Source: Octopus bimaculoides
Taxonomy: Eukaryota
DNA: 36,758 nt
NCBI RefSeq assembly: GCF_001194135.2
Contig: NC_068986.1
Span: 112,567,824 to 112,604,581, forward strand
Reading direction: 5' to 3'
Both the position numbers and the translations under genes were made by a program. Shown piece by piece: positions 1 through 10,832 of this stretch. Each line of letters begins with the position of its first letter. The stretch's first letter is position 1. Under the pieces are notes generated by a model. That model was not told the origin of the DNA. It searched no databases and saw only the letters and a list, made by a program, of their open reading frames with translations.

Positions 1-90
1 GTCGGAATTAAATTATATTCACTTCACTGAGACTGGACAGAAATGTGTGCCACAGTGACGGTTATGGTTATGAAGATGTTGTTCGATGTA

Positions 91-160
<70 letters not shown>
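91..160. repeat. (GAT)n microsatellite
   Basis: Perfect GAT run; explains the poly-D/poly-M/poly-I ORFs at 24-311. Confidence 0.97.
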
Positions 161-249
161 GCCGGTGGCGGTGGTGTTGGAGGAGGAGGAGGATAATAAT
201 ATTGGTGTTAATAGAAATGATAAAAATAATAGCCGATGGTTTCAAATTT

Positions 250-432
250 TAGCACCATGTCAGCTATTTGAGGGGGAGGGCAGATTAAGTACATCAGCCC
301 CCGCTACCTGACTGGTACTTATTTCATCGATCTCGAAAGGACGAAATGCAGAGTTGACTTCTATGGGAATTGAGCTCAGGACGTAAAGAGTCAGAAGAGC
401 ATCTATCCTATGCACTTGTGATTCTGTCAGAT
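250..432 (-). mobile_element. tRNA-derived SINE (SINE1), diverged copy
   Basis: ctgactggtacttatttcatcgatctcgaaaggacgaaatgcagagttgacttctatgggaattgagctcaggacgtaaagag aligns by eye with the copies at 18799-19007 and 19027-19230. Confidence 0.75.
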
Positions 433-579
433 TATTTGAGTGTTGTGCTGGCAACCGTCTTTGTCAGTATTTTGGGATCTGTTATCGGCTTTTCGCAGTA
501 CTCCATCTTTCTTGTCGTAAGACAAGGCAAGAATTTTTCGATATGAAGAGTCGAGCAAATTGCAGCGGAAAGGCAACAC

Positions 580-1696
580 ATATTTCACTGTATTCAGTGA
601 TGCTATCGGGATGAAATTTCATGTTGATAAATGTGCTAAGTCCACTTTCCAGAAAGGGAGATTGAAGACCTCACATTCAGTGATGTTGAATGTTGACACA
701 GTTATAAAACAACTTGAGCAGGAACAAACTTACAAATACCTGTGAAAAAATTAGGGCTCTGGCATTCAGTACGCAAGCATCAGAAAGAAGATAAAAAAAG
801 AAATGTTTCAAGATAGTTCGAGCAGTCCTAAAATCTGAGTTAAATGCACGTAACTAGGTATTGGCCACAAATTCCTTAGCAACTCCATGTGTTATTTATA
901 GGTACAGCATTTGGGAATAGAATAAGAGAGAAATAAGGAAGATAGACAGGAAAACCCCCACGCTGCTGACTTGCAATAAGATACACCACCGAAAGACAGA
1001 CGCAGATCATCTTAACCTTCCCAGAGTATAAGGAGGTCGAGGCTTCAACCAATTTGAGATCTCTTACAAAACCAACACAATCGGACAGGCCAAATATCTT
1101 GAAACTTCTAACGACTGGATACTAAAGCTCTTTGAAACCACAAGACGTAAGAAGCGTCATTTTGTCATGAAAGAGAGAAAAAAAGTTGTTAGTGAGTTCA
1201 TGCATAATAACCAGGATCAACAGAAGGATGGAAGTGTTACACCTATTGTTGTAAAGGTTAAATCAAAGCAAAATGCGTTTGAACAATTGGCTGAAAGTTG
1301 GGAACTAAAATCTCTGCACGGTAAATATGTGGCCCGTAGCAAAGATGCTGATGTTGCCCAGAAGAACACCGACTTGTGACTACGGAGCTCAGGGCAAAAG
1401 ATAGAGAATGAAGGCTTAAAATTAGCTGCTCAAGATTTGAGCTTATTGACCGGAAGTACCAAGCTAATAGATGAAAAAGGGAATAGATACAAAGTGCCGA
1501 TACTGCAACGTTGGGATTGATATAGTGGACCACCTTAGTCCTGGATGTAAGGTTTAGCGCAAGTAGAGTAGAGTATAAATCAAGAGATGACAGAGGTTAC
1601 CAATATCTACACTGATTAATACGTTGGTTTTATAAAATCAAAACTGCTGACAAATGGTACAAGCACGACCCTGAGACTGTAACTGAGGGAGCAATT
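580..1696 (+). mobile_element. R4/Dong-like non-LTR retrotransposon, degenerate RT C-terminus, thumb and CCHC knuckle (family B)
   Basis: Frameshifted translation reads FSDAIGMKFHVDKCAK, YKYL, VLKSELNARN, IDRKT..HHRKTDADHLNLPR.GGRG, HGKYVARSKDAD, AAQD, CRYC..DHLSPGC and ADKWYKHDPETVTEG. These are typical R4-clade motifs, interrupted by many stops. Confidence 0.88.
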
Positions 1697-1870
1697 GTAC
1701 GTTGAACAAACCGGGGCTGTAATAAGGGCGGAGCACTCTCAGAAAACAACACTGCTTGGAACCGTTCGAATACTCCAGAAGGTGCTCGAAAAATAAGGTG
1801 TTACCTTAGTTCACTGGTAGTGAACACCTGACACTGTAATACATCTCCAGCGTTAGAAGCTGTGCAAAGG

Positions 1871-1871
<1 letters not shown>
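1697..1871 (+). mobile_element. 3' end of R4/Dong-like element, family A copy 1
   Basis: EQTGAVIRAEHSQKTTLLGTVRILQKVLEK* (stop 1794-1796), then a 3'UTR ending agaagctgtgcaaagg that closely matches 19602-19777 and about 18020-18192. Confidence 0.92.

Positions 1872-1949
<78 letters not shown>
1872..1949. repeat. (TAC)n microsatellite directly 3' of family A copy 1
   Basis: Perfect TAC run. Confidence 0.97.
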
Positions 1950-1950
<1 letters not shown>

Positions 1951-1964
1951 ATAACTAAAATGCT

Positions 1965-2290
1965 AACAATGTGTGAACAACTGCTGGAATGGATTCAGAG
2001 AACATTTGAGAGAAAAACAAACGTAAGGAAACGGTATCAAGCTGATGCTCTTAAAAATAATTATTCTGTATATGTCTCCTGTTGCTGTCGGCTATGGTCA
2101 AACCATTGTTTGAATATCAATTCTGATTTGGAAACAATCCAGCGATTCTACATTAAACAGGATTGCTTCCATTACAAACAAGATATCTTCCACATGAAAT
2201 ATTTCGAGAGGTTGAGATATTCCTGATTTATATCCAAAAGGAGAAAAGGAGATGTGTGCAATAATGGTCGCTCGGATGATTCCTGAAAAG
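1965..2290 (+). mobile_element. Degenerate CR1/L2-like LINE, RT C-terminal fragment
   Basis: ORF 1960-2226 reads WIQRTF..CRLWSNH..DLETIQRFYIK..YFERLR..KRR, resembling the YCSxxWSP..LExIQRxFTK..YxERLxxL..ERRR tail of CR1/L2-group RTs. Confidence 0.55.
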
Positions 2291-2699
2291 CAGTCATTTA
2301 CCATCTGAAGTGAATGTTAGGAAGATGCCCTTACTAGGTCCACTCTGCAGAATGTCAAACATTTCTAATCGATTTGCAAATTTATTTCTAAATATTTCTA
2401 ACATTTACACTTTGTTTCAGAATATTTACATAACATTTACACGTTAATAATGGTTCTTTGAATATGAAGCATTTATTTTTACTGGAGGTAGTTCCGGTTT
2501 CACTTGGGTTTAAAGAAACACAAGCAGAAAGCCACATGTACATTGAATTTCTCTTCGTAAATTAATCTGCTACACAAAATTTACGCTAGTTACTTGCAAA
2601 CTTGAGGTCTACAATTTAGAGCGTATATACGTATTATGTATGCATACATATGTACATACTTGCATAAAACATGTATTAGAACGATACTGTTATTGAATA

Positions 2700-3030
2700 C
2701 ATACATATGAACACAACGAACATTGGTGGAACTTTCCCATCAAAACATTTTGCAAGCGTAAACGTAACCGGCTGGACATTGTTATTTGAGATATACCGGG
2801 AAAAGTATGGACCGTTGTAGAGATCAGCGGCGCTGCTAATGTGAATATCTCTTCAAAAATCGAAGAAAAAAGGATAACGACGTACGACTGCTTCGAAACC
2901 TTCAAACTCCATACTCAGGTTATATATTCACATTTATACCAATAATAACTGATGCAATAGATTTAGTAAGTAGCTACCCATGTGACAATCTGGATAAGCA
3001 GAGGCTTTCACTAAAAGGAGATCTGCCATC
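2700..3030 (+). mobile_element. REL endonuclease fragment, family E (old copy)
   Basis: EHWWNFPIKTFCKRKRNRLDIVI*D..WTVVEISGAANVNISSKIEEK..IPIITDAIDLVS, homologous to 31945-32436. Confidence 0.8.
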
Positions 3031-3911
3031 AAGCACTCGGAATACAATAACAATCCATAGCCAGAACAGCAAAAATATTTAAGATTGTCTCAAGTTCAAC
3101 GTGAATTGGTTTATAGTTTCGACATTTCAAAGGTGAAGCTTGTTCCTTAGCGAAAAACCTCGAATCATTAAAAATAGAAGACCACATATATACCTACAGG
3201 CATGCATCCACTTTTATAAATATGTTGATATATACACCATTATGAACATAAATGTCACACGTTTCTTTTCTATAGCAAGAATCTTCAATCAGAATGCGAA
3301 CATTTCATTAATGTTCCGCGCAATCCATTGACAAACATCTTTGGGATAGTTTTATTTCATATTCTTCTTATATAGTTAATGTCCTTTTGCTGACACTGGT
3401 CAAATAAACGAGCGTCTCTGCTACTGACTGCAGCTGCTGCTTTCGCTTCGAACCGTTTCAACTCTTTCTGCTGCTTCAATGGTTGATAAAAGTAAGGTTT
3501 CCTGTGGTTTTTATGTATATTCAGATTAGTTTTGATTGAGAAGCCGTAAGATCATAATCCTTCTGACTATAAAAAAGAACTACCCAATCCTAAGAAATCG
3601 AGTATTTATCCAGATATTTTGTTTTGTCGAAAGTAACAATAGCTATAATATCTATCAGTTTCTGAGGAATTAACGACACCGCATGGGCAGGATAAATTTG
3701 CACCAGTTGACAACATTAGAAGTGATTTGCGTAGGTTAATTCATATAAGGTATCAGAAAGGAAAATGGTTTTGCGTTAGAACGAATGGTGACGCTCTCTG
3801 TTTTGTTTGGCAGACTTCGACTAAGAATTGCTATAAGGAGATTAGTGGTATACTGCGTCCGCCACCCGCCTACATGGCTACAAAATGTTGAATGTAAACT
3901 AACATGTGCTG

Positions 3912-3912
<1 letters not shown>

Positions 3913-3959
<47 letters not shown>

Positions 3960-3969
3960 NNNNNNNNNN

Positions 3970-4015
<46 letters not shown>
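3913..4015. repeat. (CT)n microsatellite with internal gap
   Basis: CT run on both sides of N 3960-3969. Confidence 0.96.
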
Positions 4016-4018
<3 letters not shown>

Positions 4019-4159
4019 TAAACAATGCAGCACGAATACACACCCACATGTATTCATACAAGGATACAAACATACATAAACACACACATACATACGCATG
4101 CATGTATATAAACATAAGCAGAGAAACAGGCATCACTCCAGCAAAAAGCAATGCATGTG

Positions 4160-4720
4160 TTCCTATCCCGTAGGGAAGAGGGCAAGAAAGACCTTGGCAG
4201 GAATTGTAGCAAATACTAAATCTGGGTTAGATACATTACATCCCAGCTGGAAGGATATGTGTTAGACAACTGCTAAATACCTGATAAATCAAAGGAACAA
4301 AGAAACCTGCAAACCTCCGTTTTGTAGACAGAAAATGTCGGCTTTGTCGAAGATATCCTCCGCATCATCTGCGACTGCCACAAGATGGCTACGAGATGCT
4401 TCCTTCCCCTGAGGTATGATGTAGTTTAAAGTCTATTTAGACTGCTATCCGCAGGAAGGACTGCACTAACGTATACATCAAAGGTATGTCAGAACCAGCA
4501 GGTGGAACACTCCAATAAAAAAACAGTAATTTGTTGCAAACATGACAGGACTCATATTGTCTTGTGAGACAGGTCACAAAGGCCAGTCACTGTTTTAGAG
4601 GAGAGTTGGCCATCGGAAGCAAACTTACAATGAACAGACCAAGAAAAAGAGAACATTTATGGTGAATTCATGTGGAATTTACTACTAATGTACCCTGACT
4701 ATTAATTATCATTTTTAACT
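4160..4720 (+). mobile_element. CCHC/REL fragment, family E (old copy)
   Basis: CRL..VEDILRIICDCHKMATRCFLPLRYDVV; CKHDRTHIVL*DR..VTVLEESWPSEAN..QEKENIYGEFMWNLLLMYPDY. Confidence 0.78.
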
Positions 4721-4849
4721 TTCAATTATAGTTGCATTAAGTTATGTACCAACAAATTTCCACAACCTAGAAATACTCAGTTTCACAAAGATGAAGAAAA
4801 AGAAACTGATGCAGATGCCAAAATTCTCCATCACTGTTCCTAATGTGAA

Positions 4850-5300
4850 TACATACAGAACGGTTTGTTGTTCACTTGGAGTACGGAGGCTTAGAGTATA
4901 TGTATGTTTCTAGTTTGTTGATGAATTTATTAGTGAGGATGTCCAGGAATGGAAATTGTTGATGGCTGTATTCCATCGTAAGTTGCATGTTTACGCCAAG
5001 TCCATTTATGAGTGCTTGAAATCCTTTAAGATTTCTATAATTTCATGTCAAAGGAATGAAGCATTCATCCAGATACTACTTCCAGTTATTTTCTGTGTAG
5101 AGGAAGAATGCGTTGCCGTATATTTCTAGTACCTTACGATAAAGACTGATTACTAGATATCTGATAACTAGGTTAGCAAAGAAGGGGCCATTCTCGTACC
5201 CATCGCAGTCCCCGATTCATTTCGGTAGTAGTTATCTGTGAAGACTGAAACCGGTACTAAAATGCTCTGCATAATAACATTATTTTAGCATTTTCTACCG
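4850..5300 (-). mobile_element. Penelope-like element RT relic (Neptune-type motifs)
   Basis: Minus-strand translation gives FTDNYYRNESGTAMGTRMAP (about 5184-5240), ANLVIRYL, NNWK*YLDECFI (about 5057-5090), LTMEYSHQQFPFLDI (about 4938-4980) and LETYIYSKP. Not present in the ORF track. Confidence 0.85.
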
Positions 5301-5339
5301 TGTAGTATTTTCCTTATACACATCAACACGTGTGATATT

Positions 5340-5833
5340 TTTCAACCTTATGCATATATATATAATACAAAATGGGACAAGAACGCAAAACATCCGGACA
5401 GTTAGTGGGTACAAAAATGGGACAACAAAACATGCAGATAGACAATACAAAGAAAATAATGACGAGTCATTCGAAGTTTTCTTTCCTCAGTCGAGTACCA
5501 GATTATCTTCGCAATTTCGGCTGATCATACTCGAGATTGCTCCATATGGCCAGCCCCAAAGAAAAACCAAGCTAAGAGGATCAGATTCCTTGGAAGAAAG
5601 CAGCGAATATATACCAAAACAAGGACAGATAGAAACGGACAATCTTACACGAATACAATAAAATAATAACAGGACATAGCAACAGGTATCTTTCGAATAA
5701 GGACGAATTGAATTAAGCTGGCGTGTGTAGAAATAAGCCTTACGACAGGGATACTAGGTTTCACAGGCACAGGGAGGAATATTGAAATGCACGGAAAACG
5801 GCCGGCCGGGAAAGAAAGATCGGGGTTGGCCGA
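5340..5833 (-). mobile_element. Non-coding interspersed segment between TA-rich tracts, probable PLE pseudo-LTR or terminal fragment
   Basis: Bounded by TA dinucleotide tracts, contains a duplicated tacaaaatgggacaa..aaaacat motif, and lies next to the PLE RT relic. Its terminal architecture is similar to 36440-36758. Confidence 0.4.
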
Positions 5834-5866
<33 letters not shown>

Positions 5867-6455
5867 TGTGTGTATGTGTGTGTGTGTGTGTGTGTACATA
5901 CACACACACACACACACATATATATATANNNNNNNNNNNNNNNNNNNNNNNNNNNNNNNNNNNNNNNNNNNNNNNNNNNNNNNNNNNNNNNNNNNNNNNN
6001 NNNNNNNNNNNNNNNNNNNNNNNNNNNNNNNNNNNNNNNNNNNNNNNNNNNNNNNNNNNNNNNNNNNNNNNNNNNNNNNNNNNNNNNNNNNNNNNNNNNN
6101 NNNNNNNNNNNNNNNNNNNNNNNNNNNNNNNNNNNNNNNNNNNNNNNNNNNNNNNNNNNNNNNNNNNNNNNNNNNNNNNNNNNNNNNNNNNNNNNNNNNN
6201 NNNNNNNNNNNNNNNNTATATATATGTATATTTGTTCTGCATTCTCAGTTTTATTTTCCCTTTTTTCGTTTCTCCTTCTTCCTCTCTTTCTTCTTCTCCT
6301 TCTTCTTCGTCTTATTCTATTTCTTCTTCTTCTCCTTCTTCTTCTCATTCTTCTTCTTCTTCTTCTTCTTCTTCTTCTTCTTCTTCTTCTTCTTCTTCTT
6401 CTTCTTCTTCTTCTTCTTCTTCTTCTTCTTTTTCTACTTCACCTTCTTCTTCTTC
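5834..6455. repeat. Compound (TA)n/(TG)n/(CA)n, gap, then (CTT)n
   Basis: Direct reading; N 5929-6216; CTT run about 6320-6455. Confidence 0.95.
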
Positions 6456-6939
6456 CTTTCTCTCATACACTTTGTTATTTTATTTCCCTTTTGTGAATTT
6501 CTTTCTCTCTGTTCCAATTTCTAGTTCAACATGTCCCCCCTCCCTACCCTCGTCTTTTCATCCTACGCAAACTCGTACATTCAACTCTGCTTGATTCTCT
6601 TCCTCATCTTCTTCATCAACTCTTACCTCTTCCCGCAATTAGTCTCCTTCTCCCCACCCTCCCCACATAACAACCGTTATTAATGCTGTTTCATGTTCAC
6701 TATGTTTTTGCAGAACTCTCTCAACAATGCTGATCTCTAAATCTCACAAGATCTCTTCATTGAAGTAGGATTAGGTACATTTTTACAGCAACTTTATAAA
6801 TGAGACAATCAAAATTGGTTTTGATCATCGTTGAGAGGACTTTCGGTTGCATTAAGTAGTCTCTCCTTCTCTTTCCCTCCCTCCCTCTCTCTCTCTCTCT
6901 TTTTCTCTCTGCTTCTCTTTCCCTCTCTCTCCTTCTATT

Positions 6940-6970
<31 letters not shown>

Positions 6971-7083
6971 TTTAAAATCATGTAATTACATAATTGATGT
7001 ATGGGATCATCTTTTATGCGTTGTCTCTCATCTCACCTTAGAAAACTAAAACACGTTGTATATATAATCATATTAATTCATTG

Positions 7084-7951
7084 TATGAAGGCAGCAGAAA
7101 CTGTTGGCTGTGTATGTACCCTTATCCTCTTCAAATTATTCTCTATTTGAAGCAATCCACCGGTTCAAAAGCGTTTTCCGTTGTCCGGAGCGGTTCTGGG
7201 ACTCTTGCGACATGATACTTGTTAACACCTCCGTGGTTTTGTTTTTCTCACTTCTTCCATATCTGCAAAATGTTTCCCTTCACGGATTTTTGTCAATGAG
7301 GGAACACTCCTCCAAAAGTGATAGAGAGTAATATCAGGTAAATAGGGAGGGTGGATAAACTGGGTGATGTCATTTTTAGTCAAAACTGTCTTACAGTCAA
7401 AGCAGTAGCCGTAAGAGCATTGTCGTAATGAAACCATCACAAACCAATTTGCCACAGTTTGGAGCGTTTTCCTCTCACTGCTTCTCACAAATGTACAACT
7501 ACCAAGTAAAATGTTTGGTTAGAAGTTTGACCAGGAGGAGCAAATTTTGTGCGGACAATTCCTTTCGATTCACTGAAACAAATCAGCATCCTTTTGACAT
7601 TGGACTTCACTTAACATGATATTCGGTGGCGCAGTGACATAGAATACTTCCATTGACTTGATTACTGATTCGATTCTGAGTCGTAGCCGTAGCACCAGAT
7701 TTTTTCACTAGTGATGGCTTTCGAAAAAAGGTCCCACTCAACTTTCAACTGTTCTTTGAGTACACGACATGCATTCAGTCGAGAGTGATATTGATCTTCC
7801 GTGAGCAAGCGAAGCATAAATTTTGCTGCAACTCTTTTCATTTGTAATTCTTCGCTCAAAGTTCGTTTGTAGAATCTCCACGGCACGGTAGTCATATCAA
7901 CAAATTCGTCATTTTATCGGCGACGTTCCTCGTAATGTCGTATGGCTATGG
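7084..7951 (-). mobile_element. mariner (Tc1/mariner DD34D-type) transposon relic 1, 5'-truncated
   Basis: MKRVAAKFMLRLLTEDQ..AITSEKIWCYGYD; WFHYDNA; HPPYLPDITLYHF; NRWIASNRE*FEED. Possible terminal TA and decayed TIR at 7084-7105. The catalytic triad is not intact. Confidence 0.9.
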
Positions 7952-8879
7952 ACACCATAGCCATACGACATTACGAGATACAAATCGGATCCAGAAATAA
8001 AACAATAGTGATCCATGCGTACGTCATAGGACTTAAAAGGCGAAAGATTGTGCCACTCTTTTGCCACCCTCTCGGGCACCAAAGTTGCTTCCAGTGCCAA
8101 GCATTACAAGATAGATGACTGATACTCTTTTGATTGCAAATTTTTCTAGAGCGTCTTCTACTACTGGAAAGTATATATATCTCATAGATGTGACCGTCGT
8201 AAGTACTGCCGTTCGGGGTGAGAACAAACCTGTGTGGAAAGATAATAAATTGGTGTCCCCACGCACTACACATTTCACCAACTTGAGCCTCCTCGTGTCT
8301 TCAAGCATTTCTATTTCTTTCAACTTCATTGATTCAATAATCTGTATTACATGTTTGCAATATGTCATAAAAATGATAACTGCTGTAATAATATTATTAG
8401 CATTAATCTCAGTACTGATAATAAAATTTAATTAAATTTATTGATTCAATCACGTAGCTATTAGTTTATCCGTTATTATACCGAAACAAAGGGAAGATTT
8501 AATAAGGATCTTTTTCACTTTGAGTTTATCACAATACACTTTCAGTGCTGGTTGCAATTTTGGCACACAGATTTCAAAGATAATTTGATAAGGACCTTCA
8601 TATTTTCTGGGTGTGGGTGCTCGTGTCTGTGTGTGTGTAGCAGTTTGCTTTTGTGTGTGCCTCCATGTGCATGTGCTACTGTTTAAAATGAATCATTTTG
8701 AGAAAGCAGCCACACAAACATTCTAAAATAGCAACGGAAAGTGAAACAGAAAAAAAAATATTATATACTAGTTTCACGCTGTGAGGAAGATACATTTAGC
8801 AATATCAATACGTTTTGGATTCTATGTTGTACCCCGACAGAAAGGAAGGGAAATGAAATAAAACAAAACAAAAGCGTGA

Positions 8880-8898
8880 ATGTGTGTGTATATGTGTG

Positions 8899-8946
<48 letters not shown>
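8880..8946. repeat. (TG)n microsatellite
   Basis: Direct reading. Confidence 0.95.
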
Positions 8947-8948
<2 letters not shown>

Positions 8949-9189
8949 CGTGCGTTTGTTTGTGTAAACCTTTAGAGACTCGATTTATAGACATCAGTAC
9001 TAAATCGTCGGTAACTGACATTTCAATTAATAAAATTTCACTAAACAACATCGGGTTATTACATTGCAAATTAAAAAGGGGTGAAATGTTTCATCCTATT
9101 TATTTATACACGCACAGAAGCGCAGAAACAGGCACACGCACACACATGCACACAAACATGCTCCCAATCTGATAAACACAGGCACGCAC

Positions 9190-9368
9190 GCAAACACACA
9201 CAGGTATCTATACAACGGTCTTTGAGTTCCTGTTGATCAAATCTACGCACAAGGCACTGGCCTGCCCCAGTCTCTGCTAAGAGACATATGTCCAAAGTAC
9301 ACTGCAATGAGGCTGAACCCGGAACCATGAGGTTGGAAAGCAAGCATCTTAACACACGGCCATGCCTA
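9190..9368 (-). mobile_element. tRNA-derived SINE (SINE2)
   Basis: Reverse complement starts ggcatggccgtgtgttaagatgcttgctttccaacctcatggttccgggttcagcc (A-box-like and B-box-like), followed by a body and a TG-rich tail. Confidence 0.7.
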
Positions 9369-9714
9369 CACAAGCATATATATATATATATATATANNNN
9401 NNNNNNNNNNNNNNNNNNNNNNNNNNNNNNNNNNNNNNNNNNNNNNNNNNNNNNNNNNNNNNNNNNNNNNNNNNNNNNNNNNNNNNNNNNNNNNNNNNNN
9501 NNNNNNNNNNNNNNNNNNNNNNNNNNNNNNNNNNNNNNNNNNNNNNNNNNNNNNNNNNNNNNNNNNNNNNNNNNNNNNNNNNNNNNNNNNNNNNNNNNNN
9601 NNNNNNNNNNNNNNNNNNNNNNNNNNNNNNNNNNNNNNNNNNNNNNNNNNNNNNNNNNNNNNGAGAGAAAGAGTGAGAGAGAGAGTGTGAGAGAGGGAGA
9701 GAGAGAGAGAGGCC

Positions 9715-10832
9715 TTCTCCTTTCAGGGTGAGCGGCGGTGTTCCCAAATAGGCCTGCCTAGTCGCAGAGTAGGACTGAGTCCCTGGGTTGTTACCAAGTT
9801 CCAGAACGTCAACCATCTTCCATCTGCCGCCATCGTACAGGTCCGCACTAGGAGTTTCTAAATTCACCAAAAGCTGTTTTAGGAGAAACTAACGTGTGAC
9901 GAGCTTGGTGCCTGGGCGTATTGTCGTCGTGAAGAATTCAATACTTCACGCTTAACAAAAATGAGGCCGCTTTCACCGAATATCCTCTTTCAAGCGCTTC
10001 TAAACGTTGCAGTTGAAGTCTCGATTGACGGTAGGGCTGTGTGTGACGAATTCTCGATGCACAATACCGCGAATCTCAAAAAAATAACGAAGATGCTCTT
10101 GATTGAGCTGCGGCTAAGTTGTGCCTTCCTTAGTCGTGGAGATAAAGGGCCGTTCCGTTCTGACGACTGCTACTACGTCTCGTCACCGGTGATAATCCTC
10201 AACATAAAAGTTAGGTCATCAGAGGCGCTGATGGAGATCTTCACAAACTTCGACACGATCTTCTATTTTGTTCTGTGGTCGGCAGGTGAGGAACACACTT
10301 GGCGGAGATAATTCAGGTTTTATGGTTACCTGCACAGACTCATACGACAAACCACCAACATCAGCAATATTGTTGATTGTCCTTCGGCCATCCTCATCCA
10401 CATGATGAATTTTCTCTATATTTCCATGAGTGACGCTCCTGGCAGGCCCATGATCTGTCATTGTCATCTAGGGACCTTCTTCAGCTTTTGAAACGCTCGT
10501 GCCACTCGAAACATGGCGTATAACTCATTGCCTCGTCACAGTAAGCTTGCAAAAAGCATGAGCATTGTCTTTGTAGTAGTCTTCACAAGTTTAAAGCAAA
10601 ATTTCAGGTTGACATTTTATTCTAACTTCTTGTCCATGACAAAAATCTCAGACTGCACCATAAACGTGATCACAAAATCACAAATTTAACTACGTGCAAC
10701 ATAAACACAGCAATGTCACTCGGCACACAACTTCATGCAGCTCACGGCTAGCTCTCACTGCGCATTCAGCCATGTACTCCGCAATGTCGGCGCGCTACAA
10801 CAGTAGTCCAGGAACTCTTTGAAACCAACTCT
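9715..10832 (-). mobile_element. mariner transposon relic 2 with 5' TIR, 3'-truncated
   Basis: MDKKLE..NLKFCFKL; NIEKIHH..EDGRRTINNIADV.GLSYESVQ; RVEVCEDL; RIITGDET; LHDDN. Left end reads TA-AGAGTTGGTTTCAAAGAGTTCCTGGACT on the - strand (TA at 10833-10834), which is TIR-like. Confidence 0.9.

Noticed and set aside
5455-5495. Possible second hammerhead on the - strand (CUGAGGA..CGAAUGACUCGUCAUU)
   Set aside because: It has GAAU instead of GAAA, a weak stem II and no stem I partner; it cannot be folded as a hammerhead.
8033-8368. ORF 8033-8368 as the missing mariner N-terminus
   Set aside because: It lacks the IKFCxKLG/RSGRP helix-turn-helix motifs seen in relic 2; mariner homology ends at the hairpin.
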